From Thermoplasmata archaeon (GTDB lineage: Archaea > Thermoplasmatota > Thermoplasmata > Thermoplasmatales > Thermoplasmataceae), in assembly GCA_049965715.1 (NCBI GenBank), contig JBMFWA010000004.1, positions 30,081-94,080 of the forward strand: a DNA stretch of 64,000 bases. The letters run 5' to 3'. The notes under the pieces are model-generated. The model worked only from the letters and a program-made list of their open reading frames with translations, did not search any database and was not told where the DNA came from. The stretch's first letter is position 1; the number at the start of each line of letters is the position of its first letter. Positions 18,943 to 27,699 of the stretch are shown piece after piece. The position numbers and the translations under genes were made by a program.

Positions 18943-20115
18943 TCATGTATCATATACCGCACCGGAAGTCTGTCTCTGCACCCTGGACACCGACAGGATG
19001 ACAACCGGAAGGAGAAGAAGAACCAGGATGCCCAGTATGCCAAAGGAAAGGGTGTATCCGTAGATCAGTGTATATGAGAATACGACTGAGATAAGCGATC
19101 CTATGGAAATCTGTATGGAATTGAAGAGTCCAAGACTGAGCGCCCTGTATCTGAGAGTCTTTTCTCTGGCAATCACCGCAGAATACTCAAGCGATGAGAC
19201 CACCACAAAGAGTATCCCGAGGATTACAGTGGCTGACCATGTACCTATGTAACCTAAATAGGGAACGGCCACTATGAAGGCGCCCACGAGAACAGTCATG
19301 TATGAAGCAGATCTGATCAGGTTCCTAAGTCTGAACGCCCTGACAAACTGTATCCCCAGAACGCCAATAAGAAGTATTGTTGCACCCAGTACAGCCGAGG
19401 CAAATGGGCTGAATCCTATTGAAATGGAATAATTCTTGAGATATTCAGGGAGAAGGTAAGATGCAGCCCAGAATCCGGAAAAGGCAATCGCTATGGCCCA
19501 TGTGCTTCTGTTCCGTATTCTTGTAGTTATATCGGGCACGGACATGGACGTGTATTTTTCGGATTCCGGAACGGCGATGAGTATCAGGATTGCAAAAACT
19601 ATAGTTATAACGCCCATGATAAGTTCGTCGGCCTGCCAGGAATATGACGATACAATGAATGCGAACCCGATGATGCCGATTCCTCCTCCAACGTTGAAAG
19701 CCGCGTTGTAAAGGGTAACAATTTCAGTGACTTTTTCATGGTACAGCTGGCTCAGCACAGCCATGGCGGTGGAGAAGAAGAGCGCAGCACCGACTCCATT
19801 GGCAGCGCGTAATGCCAGCAGCATATAGTAGTTGAATGAAAACGGGGCCACGAGATCCGAAATTCCCATCACCAGAATACCCAGAAAAGCAGTGGTCTTT
19901 GCCCCAATGCGAGATGATATTATGCCTGCGGGGACCTGAAAAACACCGGCACCGATTAGGAAAAATGTGAATACATAGACCGTTGCAGGCAGGGGTATTC
20001 CAAACGTTGCCTCGATACGGGTAATAGCGGGTGAAAGATTATACCAGTTTGCAGCGTACACTATCCTCGAAAGAATCAGGATCGTTCCCGCAAATTTTAC
20101 ACTGGATTTTGCCAT
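18943..20115 (-). CDS. MFS transporter
   Basis: About 12 hydrophobic segments. I chose ATG 20115 (MAKSS...) over the TTG at 20130. Confidence 0.75.
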   Translation of the reverse strand: MAKSSVKFAGTILILSRIVYAANWYNLSPAITRIEATFGIPLPATVYVFTFFLIGAGVFQVPAGIISSRIGAKTTAFLGILVMGISDLVAPFSFNYYMLLALRAANGVGAALFFSTAMAVLSQLYHEKVTEIVTLYNAAFNVGGGIGIIGFAFIVSSYSWQADELIMGVITIVFAILILIAVPESEKYTSMSVPDITTRIRNRSTWAIAIAFSGFWAASYLLPEYLKNYSISIGFSPFASAVLGATILLIGVLGIQFVRAFRLRNLIRSASYMTVLVGAFIVAVPYLGYIGTWSATVILGILFVVVSSLEYSAVIAREKTLRYRALSLGLFNSIQISIGSLISVVFSYTLIYGYTLSFGILGILVLLLLPVVILSVSRVQRQTSGAVYDT

Positions 20116-20442
20116 TGGTGAATGAGCCAAGAGGAAATGGCTATCGTGAATATAATCAATTAGTAAGGGAGCCCCGTTGTTCGTTATCTAAAAAGCGAAT
20201 ATCTGGAAATTTCAACCATTTGGCTGTAACTATCACACATCCGAAGGAAATGCAGAATCCGCACCTGTTGACGGCATACCGATCCTGAAAAAGGCACTGC
20301 GGATATAAAAGGGCAATATCCCGGAAAGTAATATATTCAAAGTTTGCTTAAGGAAATGATATGTCAGTTATTGAAAAAATATGTTGTATAGATACAGAAG
20401 GTTTTGTTACAATCTTTCTATCCAGTCGGGAGGCATGAACAA

Positions 20443-21519
20443 ATGCTTTTTAAGATCGCAGATTTGAAGCCGGATTCCTCAAACATTGATCTCATTGCCA
20501 AGGTTATATCAATAAACCAGAAAGAAGCCAATACACAGAGAGGACCGACGACTTATTACTACGGGATAATAGGGGACACCTCCGGTACAATTCCTTTCAC
20601 AGCATGGACAATGACATCATCTGTAAGGGCAAACGATGTTCTTGAACTCAAAAACTGCTCCGTGAAACTCTACAACGACAGATTGAGACTTTACATAGAC
20701 GCAAGAACCCAGGTGATCCTCAGGCCGGGTGAAGAGATGGAAGTCAGGAGGACCTACCCGCTGCTGAAGATAAGAAACATCTCCGTGAGGGACCCCTATA
20801 TCGCCGTTGAAGGAATAGTGAGAGACGTCAAGGAAAGATCATACACAGGGAGGGAAAAGTCTGGAACTCTTTATTATGGTCTTCTGGAGGATGAAACCGG
20901 AAACATAAGAATCAACTCCTTCGACGTGAAGCTCGAGGAGAACACAGGTTACAGATTCACGGGAGCAAAGGTCAGTGAATATAACAACAGGTTGCGCGTA
21001 TCGGTCAATGACAAAACAGGAATCCAGAAAATAAAGATAGACCTGACACCCGGGCCTGTTTATTACGACATTCATGAACTCAAGTCCCCAATATCTGGAA
21101 TATTCATCAACGGGTTCATTGTGAACGTGGGGGATAAGGGTGGTGCCGTGTTCAGATGCCAGGAGTGCAGGAAGACCGCAGAGAACGGAAAGTGTCCGGA
21201 TCATCCGGATGCTCCAGTATACAGGGATTATTTTCTCTATTTTACCGTGGAAGACGGAACGGGGTACGTACAGGGCACTTGTGGGAAGTCTGCCCTGGTT
21301 TCCTATAGGAACGAATGGAACGAATCTGAACTGGAAAGGATTTCATCAGAAGATAATGGGATGACGGAAATAAAGAAGGAGATCCTTGGAAAACTCATAA
21401 CTGCAAAGGGAGAGGTAGTAAACAGCCAGAACGGAATGACCCTGAGAATATCCGAAATGAAACCTCTGGGGGAGAATGAAATAGCGAGTCTTTCCAGAAA
21501 ATATCTTGAGGAGGTCTAG
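20443..21519 (+). CDS. Replication protein A large subunit (multi-OB-fold ssDNA-binding protein with zinc finger; RPA41-like)
   Basis: Three OB-fold-like repeats. The last carries CQECRKTAENGKCPDH (C-x2-C-x8-C-x2-H). I chose ATG 20443 over the upstream TTG. Confidence 0.75.
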   Translation: MLFKIADLKPDSSNIDLIAKVISINQKEANTQRGPTTYYYGIIGDTSGTIPFTAWTMTSSVRANDVLELKNCSVKLYNDRLRLYIDARTQVILRPGEEMEVRRTYPLLKIRNISVRDPYIAVEGIVRDVKERSYTGREKSGTLYYGLLEDETGNIRINSFDVKLEENTGYRFTGAKVSEYNNRLRVSVNDKTGIQKIKIDLTPGPVYYDIHELKSPISGIFINGFIVNVGDKGGAVFRCQECRKTAENGKCPDHPDAPVYRDYFLYFTVEDGTGYVQGTCGKSALVSYRNEWNESELERISSEDNGMTEIKKEILGKLITAKGEVVNSQNGMTLRISEMKPLGENEIASLSRKYLEEV

Positions 21520-21525
21520 ATAAGC

Positions 21526-22350
21526 ATGGAAACAAGGAAGAGAGAAGCCTCAAAGTGGATTACGTCCAGGGAACTTAGAGATTCCAATATAGAGGAGGAC
21601 AACAGCTCCGATACCAGGGTAAAACCATTCATAATCACTCCACTTGGCACCCGGGTCAAGAGAATACTTTTTGTCGGCACCGTTAATTCAATATCCGACG
21701 AGGAGAATATAACAAAGGTTGTCATCAATGACTTCACGGGTTCGTTTTATCTGTCAATTTTTAAGGACACCTTTCCAGAAGACAGGAGGGTTCTGCCAGA
21801 TCAGTTTGAGAAGGGTGACAGGCTCCTTGTGGTTGGGCGCCTGAACACATTCAAGACTGAGGATCAGCGAATATTCTACAATGTAAACCCGGAGCTGGCA
21901 CTGAAGGTTGAGGATGGTAGCATGGATTACTGGAATTCAAGGGCCGTTTATATCGCACAGCGGAAAGTTCTTGCAATCAGAGAAGCCTCTAAACTCGAGA
22001 GCGCCGATACTTCAAATCTCACAAAGCTTGGGTACTCTGATGAGGAGTCTGAATGTGCTCTGAGGGCTGTGAAACACTACCCGGGTTACAATTACCAGCA
22101 GTTCATCGAAAACCTCAGGAACAGCCTGACCTCATCATCAAGGGACCAGGAAGTGGAGGAGAAAAAATCCATGATCCTTGATTTCATAAGGAACAACGAT
22201 AAGGACGGGAAGGGTTGCCTTTACGAGAACATTCTAAACTCCATGAAGGAGAAGGACATAGATCAGTCCACGCTGGATGAGGCATTGAACCTGCTGGGAT
22301 CATCTGGGGAAATATACGAAGTTTCCCTCAAGAGGTTCAGGGCGTTATGA
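21526..22350 (+). CDS. RPA32-like subunit (single OB fold + C-terminal winged helix)
   Basis: Central OB-like segment (RILFVGTVNSI...GDRLLVVGRLNTFK) and a C-terminal wHTH-like segment (ILDFIRNN...LDEALNLLGSSGEIYE). Starts 7 nt after the large-subunit stop. Confidence 0.6.
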   Translation: METRKREASKWITSRELRDSNIEEDNSSDTRVKPFIITPLGTRVKRILFVGTVNSISDEENITKVVINDFTGSFYLSIFKDTFPEDRRVLPDQFEKGDRLLVVGRLNTFKTEDQRIFYNVNPELALKVEDGSMDYWNSRAVYIAQRKVLAIREASKLESADTSNLTKLGYSDEESECALRAVKHYPGYNYQQFIENLRNSLTSSSRDQEVEEKKSMILDFIRNNDKDGKGCLYENILNSMKEKDIDQSTLDEALNLLGSSGEIYEVSLKRFRAL

Positions 22351-22559
22351 GTGCGGATGACGTATCTGATCTGATGGACAAACTTGAACGGGAGCTCAGG
22401 TATTACCGCACGGCGAACGAAAGACTACTGAAGGAATTGAAAACGCTCAACGAAACGGTTATTTCCAACGAAAAACTGAAGAAAAGAATAGAGGTTGACA
22501 GGGAGGACTCAAATATTCTGATAGATCTTCTGAGGAGGCTTTTCGATGAGAAGAAATGA
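22347..22559 (+). CDS. Small coiled-coil protein, unknown function
   Basis: 70 aa with heptad-like charged/Leu pattern. Has an ATGA start/stop overlap with the upstream gene. Confidence 0.45.
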   Translation: MSADDVSDLMDKLERELRYYRTANERLLKELKTLNETVISNEKLKKRIEVDREDSNILIDLLRRLFDEKK

Positions 22560-22935
22560 TGTCGCAGCTCTGAAGGGAATTCTCCAGCTTTCAGAGGACG
22601 AAGAGCGGGAGATAAGCGATCATCCGGAACGATTCAGTGAGATAATAGACAGCATAACGAGGGAGGTAAGAAAGCACTTTGATCTCACTCAGAAGAAGCT
22701 GGGTCTTATGTCCAGGTATGCAAGCCTCAACTATTCAATATATGATCTCTTTATGTCTGCCCATGATAACGCAATAGTCATAGGAGGGCTCAACGCGGAG
22801 GCAAAAATGAGGGGAATTGAACTCGGAAAGGACGCAGATGAAAAAATAAAAACCATCATGGACAGATATCTGATGATCGATCCGACCTACGGTGTCCAGG
22901 AACGTGACAGCGTGAAGAGAGTCAAGCCAAGGTAA
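22546..22935 (+). CDS. Hypothetical 129-aa protein, last gene of the RPA operon
   Basis: Overlaps the upstream ORF by 14 nt. I recognised no motif. Confidence 0.5.
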   Translation: MRRNDVAALKGILQLSEDEEREISDHPERFSEIIDSITREVRKHFDLTQKKLGLMSRYASLNYSIYDLFMSAHDNAIVIGGLNAEAKMRGIELGKDADEKIKTIMDRYLMIDPTYGVQERDSVKRVKPR

Positions 22936-23080
22936 TGTGCAGGATCTTTCTGCGGGAAGCAATTTCAGCAGATCAGAGGCTACAAACAAAGGCAATAAGT
23001 GTTGAGAAAGCCTTAAAAAATCACATGCAAACTGGCGGTTATGCAAAAATGATTTCATACAGGGATTACATAACGATAGC

Positions 23081-23482
23081 ATGACAATAGGTCCGGAAGA
23101 GATTACAAAACTCCTGAAGATGGATGGTTTTCTCAAGAACTTTACAATAGATGTCAAGGAAGCCTCAAATGGGAGGTTTGTCATAGAGATGCCGCTTGAG
23201 GAGAAGGTTATGAGGATAGGCGGTATAATGAACGGCGGTGCAATCATGGCCCTTTGCGATCTTGTCGGAGGTCTTTCCATCCTGACAAAAGATGACGTGA
23301 TCAACCAGGTGACAATCAACATTGATGTTAACTTCCTCAGGCCTATCGCAAAGGGGCCGGTAAAGGCGGTCGGGGAAAGTGTACGCATCGGGAAGACAAT
23401 AGGTTATTCCGAGATGGTGATATATGACGGCAATGGCGAAGAATGTGCAAAGGGATCTGGAAACTGGTTCCTTTTCAGGTAG
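23081..23482 (+). CDS. PaaI/4HBT-type hotdog-fold thioesterase
   Basis: GGIMNGGAIMALCDLVGG motif and a length of 133 aa. Confidence 0.8.
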   Translation: MTIGPEEITKLLKMDGFLKNFTIDVKEASNGRFVIEMPLEEKVMRIGGIMNGGAIMALCDLVGGLSILTKDDVINQVTINIDVNFLRPIAKGPVKAVGESVRIGKTIGYSEMVIYDGNGEECAKGSGNWFLFR

Positions 23483-23488
23483 GACTAC

Positions 23489-24688
23489 ATGAACGACCTC
23501 ACAGTTCGAAAAGACGGTCCATTCAAGGGGATCAGGGTTGTCATCGCCTTATCTGGCAGTGTATCAATATACAGAATACCGGACCTGATAAGAGATATCA
23601 GGCGTGAAGGGGGAGAAGTGGTGGCCTGTATGAGTGCTGACGCAGAAAGATTACTGAGTCCGGAAATCATCAGATGGGCCACGGACAATGCAGTAATAAC
23701 CCATGTCACAGGAGAAATGGAACACATAACACTTTTTGAGGATGTGAACACCAGAACTGTTCTCCTGATCGCACCTGCCACATACAACACCATAGGGAAA
23801 CTGGCATCAGGCATTGCTGACAGCGTCCCATCATTATTGTTCTCGAACGCAGTGGGATACGGAATCCCGGTGGTTGTTGCGCCTGCGATGCACAGGGGAA
23901 TGATTGAGAACAGGATAAACGCTGATAATATCAGAAAGTTGAGGGACGCCGGAATTACCGTTCTCGAACCAAGGCTCGAAAATTCAAAGGCAAAAATACC
24001 GTCGAACGCCACAATAATGGATTCCATTCTTCGCGCATCAGGAACAGGTGCTCTCAAGGGAAAGAAGATCATGATTGTGACGGGGAGGAGTGAGGAGCAG
24101 ATAGATCCAGTCAGGGTTCTGACAAACAGGTCAAGCGGAATCACTGGCTACTGGCTCGCCAGAAATTCATACAGACTTGGGGCGGATATCACCATTGTGG
24201 GGAATTGTTCCGTGGGAATTCCTGATCACATAAGACACATTGCAGCTTTGAGCACATCAGAATTTGAGGAAAAGGTCATGAGCGAACTCCTCGCAGATAA
24301 CTATGATGCCGTGATTGTTTCCGCTGCATTGTCTGACTTCGAGGTTGCAAACCGATCTGCGAAGAAGATTAGCAGCAGCTCCGAACTCTCACTGAAACTG
24401 AAGCCAAGGGGAAAGATAATAGATGCCATCAGAAGGAATTACAAAGGATTCCTCGTGGTCTTCAGGCTTTCTTCAGGAGAGGATCTGGAAACAGTAAGGA
24501 AGAGGTTCAGTGAAAGCACACCCGATCTCATAGTTTTCAATACCTACAGAACAGGAAAGGGTCCCTTTGGGGACGCCAGGAACAGTTACATAGCCATCAG
24601 TGAGAACGAGTCAAGGGAGATACCGGAGAATTCAAAGGAACTGATCACTGCAGAACTCTTAAGCATTATAGCTCAAAAATTGAGGTAG
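23489..24688 (+). CDS. coaBC: Bifunctional phosphopantothenoylcysteine decarboxylase / phosphopantothenate-cysteine ligase
   Basis: N-terminal flavoprotein domain (ALSGSVSIY, APATYNTIGKLASGIAD) and C-terminal CoaB domain (VTGR..E.IDPVR.LTNRSSG). Confidence 0.85.
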   Translation: MNDLTVRKDGPFKGIRVVIALSGSVSIYRIPDLIRDIRREGGEVVACMSADAERLLSPEIIRWATDNAVITHVTGEMEHITLFEDVNTRTVLLIAPATYNTIGKLASGIADSVPSLLFSNAVGYGIPVVVAPAMHRGMIENRINADNIRKLRDAGITVLEPRLENSKAKIPSNATIMDSILRASGTGALKGKKIMIVTGRSEEQIDPVRVLTNRSSGITGYWLARNSYRLGADITIVGNCSVGIPDHIRHIAALSTSEFEEKVMSELLADNYDAVIVSAALSDFEVANRSAKKISSSSELSLKLKPRGKIIDAIRRNYKGFLVVFRLSSGEDLETVRKRFSESTPDLIVFNTYRTGKGPFGDARNSYIAISENESREIPENSKELITAELLSIIAQKLR

Positions 24689-24693
24689 GTAAA

Positions 24694-25461
24694 TTGCCTG
24701 AATTCACAATAAAGGGAATCGAACTGAGGAGAATGAACGTGGAATCAGCCTTAATATTCCTGAAACAGGAAGGAATTAAGATGTTCTCCGGTCCTTTTCC
24801 GCATATTCTTGCTCTCCCGGAAAAATGGATTACTGAAGCAATTGAAGAGGACTCCAGCGTAATATCCATGTTGTGCGATCTTTCAGATAAGCACGGATCT
24901 GTTATTGTACCGGGAAGCTTCACAGTAAAGAGAGACGGCAGGTTGTATAACAGTGCTCCCGTAATAAGTGACGGAAAAATACTGGGATGGCAGGACAAGA
25001 TCTCGCTTTATCTTGACGAAAAAAAGAAATACACCAGGGGAAGTAATGTATATACATTCAGCACACCCTACGGAAGAATAGCTGCACCGGTATGCTATGA
25101 TCTGGATTTCCCGTATTTCTGCAAGATCGCATCTTCTAAGGGGGCTTCTATAGTCATAAACCCTTCTCTGATAAGGGAGCCATTTCACAGTGAATGGGAA
25201 CTCTACGTAAGGGCAAGATCTCTTGAAAACAGGCTATGCGTGGCATCCATAAATTCCATATCGGAACCTTTCAACGGCAACTCGGTCATTTCAATCCCGT
25301 TTATGGACGGATACGGTGCCAGGATCAGGGTTCACAGAAGCATGGGGGCTTCAGTCACTGCTGCAGTGGATCCTGAGGTTATAGCTTCTATGGCAAAAAT
25401 TCGTTCCAGTGAGGATCCGGGAATATATTCATTCCAGAGCGGTACTGTTAATGATCTCTGA
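24694..25461 (+). CDS. Carbon-nitrogen hydrolase (nitrilase superfamily)
   Basis: Catalytic Glu context LALPEKW and catalytic Cys context AAPVCYDLDFP. A TTG start 5 nt after the coaBC stop is plausible. Confidence 0.75.
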   Translation: MPEFTIKGIELRRMNVESALIFLKQEGIKMFSGPFPHILALPEKWITEAIEEDSSVISMLCDLSDKHGSVIVPGSFTVKRDGRLYNSAPVISDGKILGWQDKISLYLDEKKKYTRGSNVYTFSTPYGRIAAPVCYDLDFPYFCKIASSKGASIVINPSLIREPFHSEWELYVRARSLENRLCVASINSISEPFNGNSVISIPFMDGYGARIRVHRSMGASVTAAVDPEVIASMAKIRSSEDPGIYSFQSGTVNDL

Positions 25462-26130
25462 AACTCTTTCCGGGTGTGTTACCTGCGGAATATGCCCTGC
25501 ACCATCGATCTTGAAGAAGAGGCTTTCCGGGATCATCTCATGAAATTTCATACCATATTTCAGGGGAATTATGTTATCATCTTCTCCCCATATTATGATG
25601 GTTCTTGCCTTTAGGTTGTGAAGTCCATCCGGATCAAGTTTTTCGTTGGTCCTTGAATTGCTCATGATTATTTTCCTCATGATTTCCCTTCTGTTGTACC
25701 GGCTGATTTTCATGAGCATGTCAAGGAATGCATCAGATGCGCCGCTTTCTCCCACAGTTGGGTTTATACCTGCACTGTCCACCAGGTAGAGGTAATGGGA
25801 CTGGACATATCCGGTTGCGAGTTTTGCTGCTATCCATCCACCATAGGAATTCCCCAGAAGTCCGAAAGGCTTTATGCCTGAAACATTGACAAACTCAGTT
25901 ATGAATTCGCACTGGTTATGGATCGAATACTCTATGTCCGGTTTATCAGATCGCCCATGCCCCAGCAGGTCAACCATAAAAAGCTCAAATCTTGAATCAA
26001 GATAACGATTGAGCTTGATCCAGCTGTTGCCTGTACCGCCCAGTCCATGTAGGAAGATCAATGGCAGCCTTCCGTTACGGTGAAGATATGAAATATTCCC
26101 AAGGGATGTATGGGCAATAAGTCTTTCCAT
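25429..26130 (-). CDS. Alpha/beta hydrolase
   Basis: HGLGG oxyanion motif, nucleophile elbow GNSYGG, and C-terminal GH. Overlaps the convergent nitrilase-family gene by 33 nt. Confidence 0.8.
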   Translation of the reverse strand: MERLIAHTSLGNISYLHRNGRLPLIFLHGLGGTGNSWIKLNRYLDSRFELFMVDLLGHGRSDKPDIEYSIHNQCEFITEFVNVSGIKPFGLLGNSYGGWIAAKLATGYVQSHYLYLVDSAGINPTVGESGASDAFLDMLMKISRYNRREIMRKIIMSNSRTNEKLDPDGLHNLKARTIIIWGEDDNIIPLKYGMKFHEMIPESLFFKIDGAGHIPQVTHPERVSEIINSTALE

Positions 26131-26206
26131 AATAATTTCAAGCTGGAAGTGCAGGATAATGCAAAAATATTTCTAAAAAACGGGATAAATTAAAAATTTT
26201 ATGCCA

Positions 26207-27463
26207 TCAAAAAGATGGCGTAAGGGAAATCAGTTCATAGACGACAGGGCTTCCGATACCTGTTACCTCATCGTAGCCAGGTCCCGCATAATAGTATCCG
26301 TTGTATCCCACAGTTATGTCGTGGAACGCGGTACCATAGTCAGTACTTGAGTAGATGGAGTAAAGTATCTGGTGCACGTTTGCGCCATTTATTGCGGCAG
26401 TGCCATCTATGGACTGTATGTCGGCAAAAATGGCTGACCACTGGGGAGCAGCTGCACTTGTACCGCCAACCTGGATCCAGCCGGATGATCCTTCGTAAGT
26501 GGTCGTATCATAAACCCACACACCTGTGTTAGGATTCGCATCGTAGGACACATCTGGCGAAGCCCTTCCGGATACACTAATTCCAGCAGAAGACTGATAT
26601 GAGGGTTCAGGGAAGTATGTGCTTATGCCTCCGCCGGAACTGTTCCATGCATATTCATATCCATAGGAAGCTCCTGTGGATGTAGGATTGTTAAGAACCA
26701 GTGAGGTTCCACCTGCGGATACAACAGAGGGATCCGTTGACGGATAGTTCACGGTTATGGAACTGGTCCCGTCTGAAGCGCCGTTATCCCCAGACGCTGC
26801 AACAGGAATAACACCGTGCGATGCGACATAGGAGAAGATGGATGAATACTGGGCCAGTTCGGCAGAGGTCAGGTCACTCTGTGCCTCTCCCCATGACATG
26901 GATATGATATTCGCATGGGTTGTGTTGTAAGCGTAGTTCACGGCATCGTTGATCAGGTATGTGTTTGAGGCACTTGGCGTCTCAATAAGGACTATCTTTG
27001 CGGCAGGCGCCATTGCATGTGCCCATTCAACATCGAGAGAGGTCTCGAGGGCCCATCCAGAATTTCTGGAAACCTTTCCAAATGGCTGAACTATCTGCAG
27101 ATTTATGGCAGGAAGGCCAAATGCACTGTCGAACGTTTTAACATCGCTACTTATACTGGGGCTTCCGTATGCATCTATCACGGCAATGGTTTCACCGCTT
27201 CCATAGTTTGTGTTATATGCTCCATTGCTTGTGTACTGGTAACCGTCCCAGATCTGTATCGGGATATATCCTGGATAAGTTGTGGGTGCAGAAGAACTGC
27301 TTCCGCCTATCTTATCAGGACCAACCACGAACATTGTCACACCATGTGCACTGGAAAGCACCGGACTCTGATAGTTTCCGGATGCAACTGCAGGTATGAA
27401 CAGACCGCTAAATGCGACTACCATTCCCAAAGCTACCAACAGGACTAGCTGTTTTCTAATCAT
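26207..27463 (-). CDS. Secreted sedolisin-family (S53) serine-carboxyl peptidase
   Basis: Signal peptide MIRKQLVLLVALGMVVAFSG, then E-x3-D (ETSLDVEWAHAMAP), SGDNGA and GGTSAAAPQW. I chose the start at the internal ATG. Confidence 0.75.
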   Translation of the reverse strand: MIRKQLVLLVALGMVVAFSGLFIPAVASGNYQSPVLSSAHGVTMFVVGPDKIGGSSSSAPTTYPGYIPIQIWDGYQYTSNGAYNTNYGSGETIAVIDAYGSPSISSDVKTFDSAFGLPAINLQIVQPFGKVSRNSGWALETSLDVEWAHAMAPAAKIVLIETPSASNTYLINDAVNYAYNTTHANIISMSWGEAQSDLTSAELAQYSSIFSYVASHGVIPVAASGDNGASDGTSSITVNYPSTDPSVVSAGGTSLVLNNPTSTGASYGYEYAWNSSGGGISTYFPEPSYQSSAGISVSGRASPDVSYDANPNTGVWVYDTTTYEGSSGWIQVGGTSAAAPQWSAIFADIQSIDGTAAINGANVHQILYSIYSSTDYGTAFHDITVGYNGYYYAGPGYDEVTGIGSPVVYELISLTPSF

Positions 27464-27672
27464 AAAAAATGATATATGGTACCACATATATAAACATTCG
27501 TTCAAGTAGGTACCGAAATTCGATGGCGCGGAAGTTGCAGACAGACCATTGTTGATCAGAAAAGTAACATACAATGAGGACTTAAAATGTCCAGGGCCCG
27601 CATATTTTTGGACTCCTAAGATGAAATATCACATAGGTTGGCAATCTTAGAAAGAAATTTTAGTGCAAAAAG

Positions 27673-27682
27673 AAATTTAATA
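27673..27682 (+). promoter_or_regulatory. TATA-like box (AAATTTAATA) for ppdK
   Basis: Lies 27 nt upstream of the GTG start at 27700, which predicts a leaderless mRNA. Confidence 0.4.
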
Positions 27683-27699
27683 GGTAAGGATAATAAAGA

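Noticed and set aside
20131-20442. 312-bp intergenic region upstream of the RPA operon, with a 7-bp inverted repeat (ATCCGCA ... TGCGGAT, about 20250-20305), considered as an origin-like or regulatory element.
   Set aside because: It has a single short inverted repeat, no ORB-like repeated boxes, no AT-rich unwinding tract flanked by repeats, and no adjacent cdc6/orc1 gene. The evidence is insufficient.
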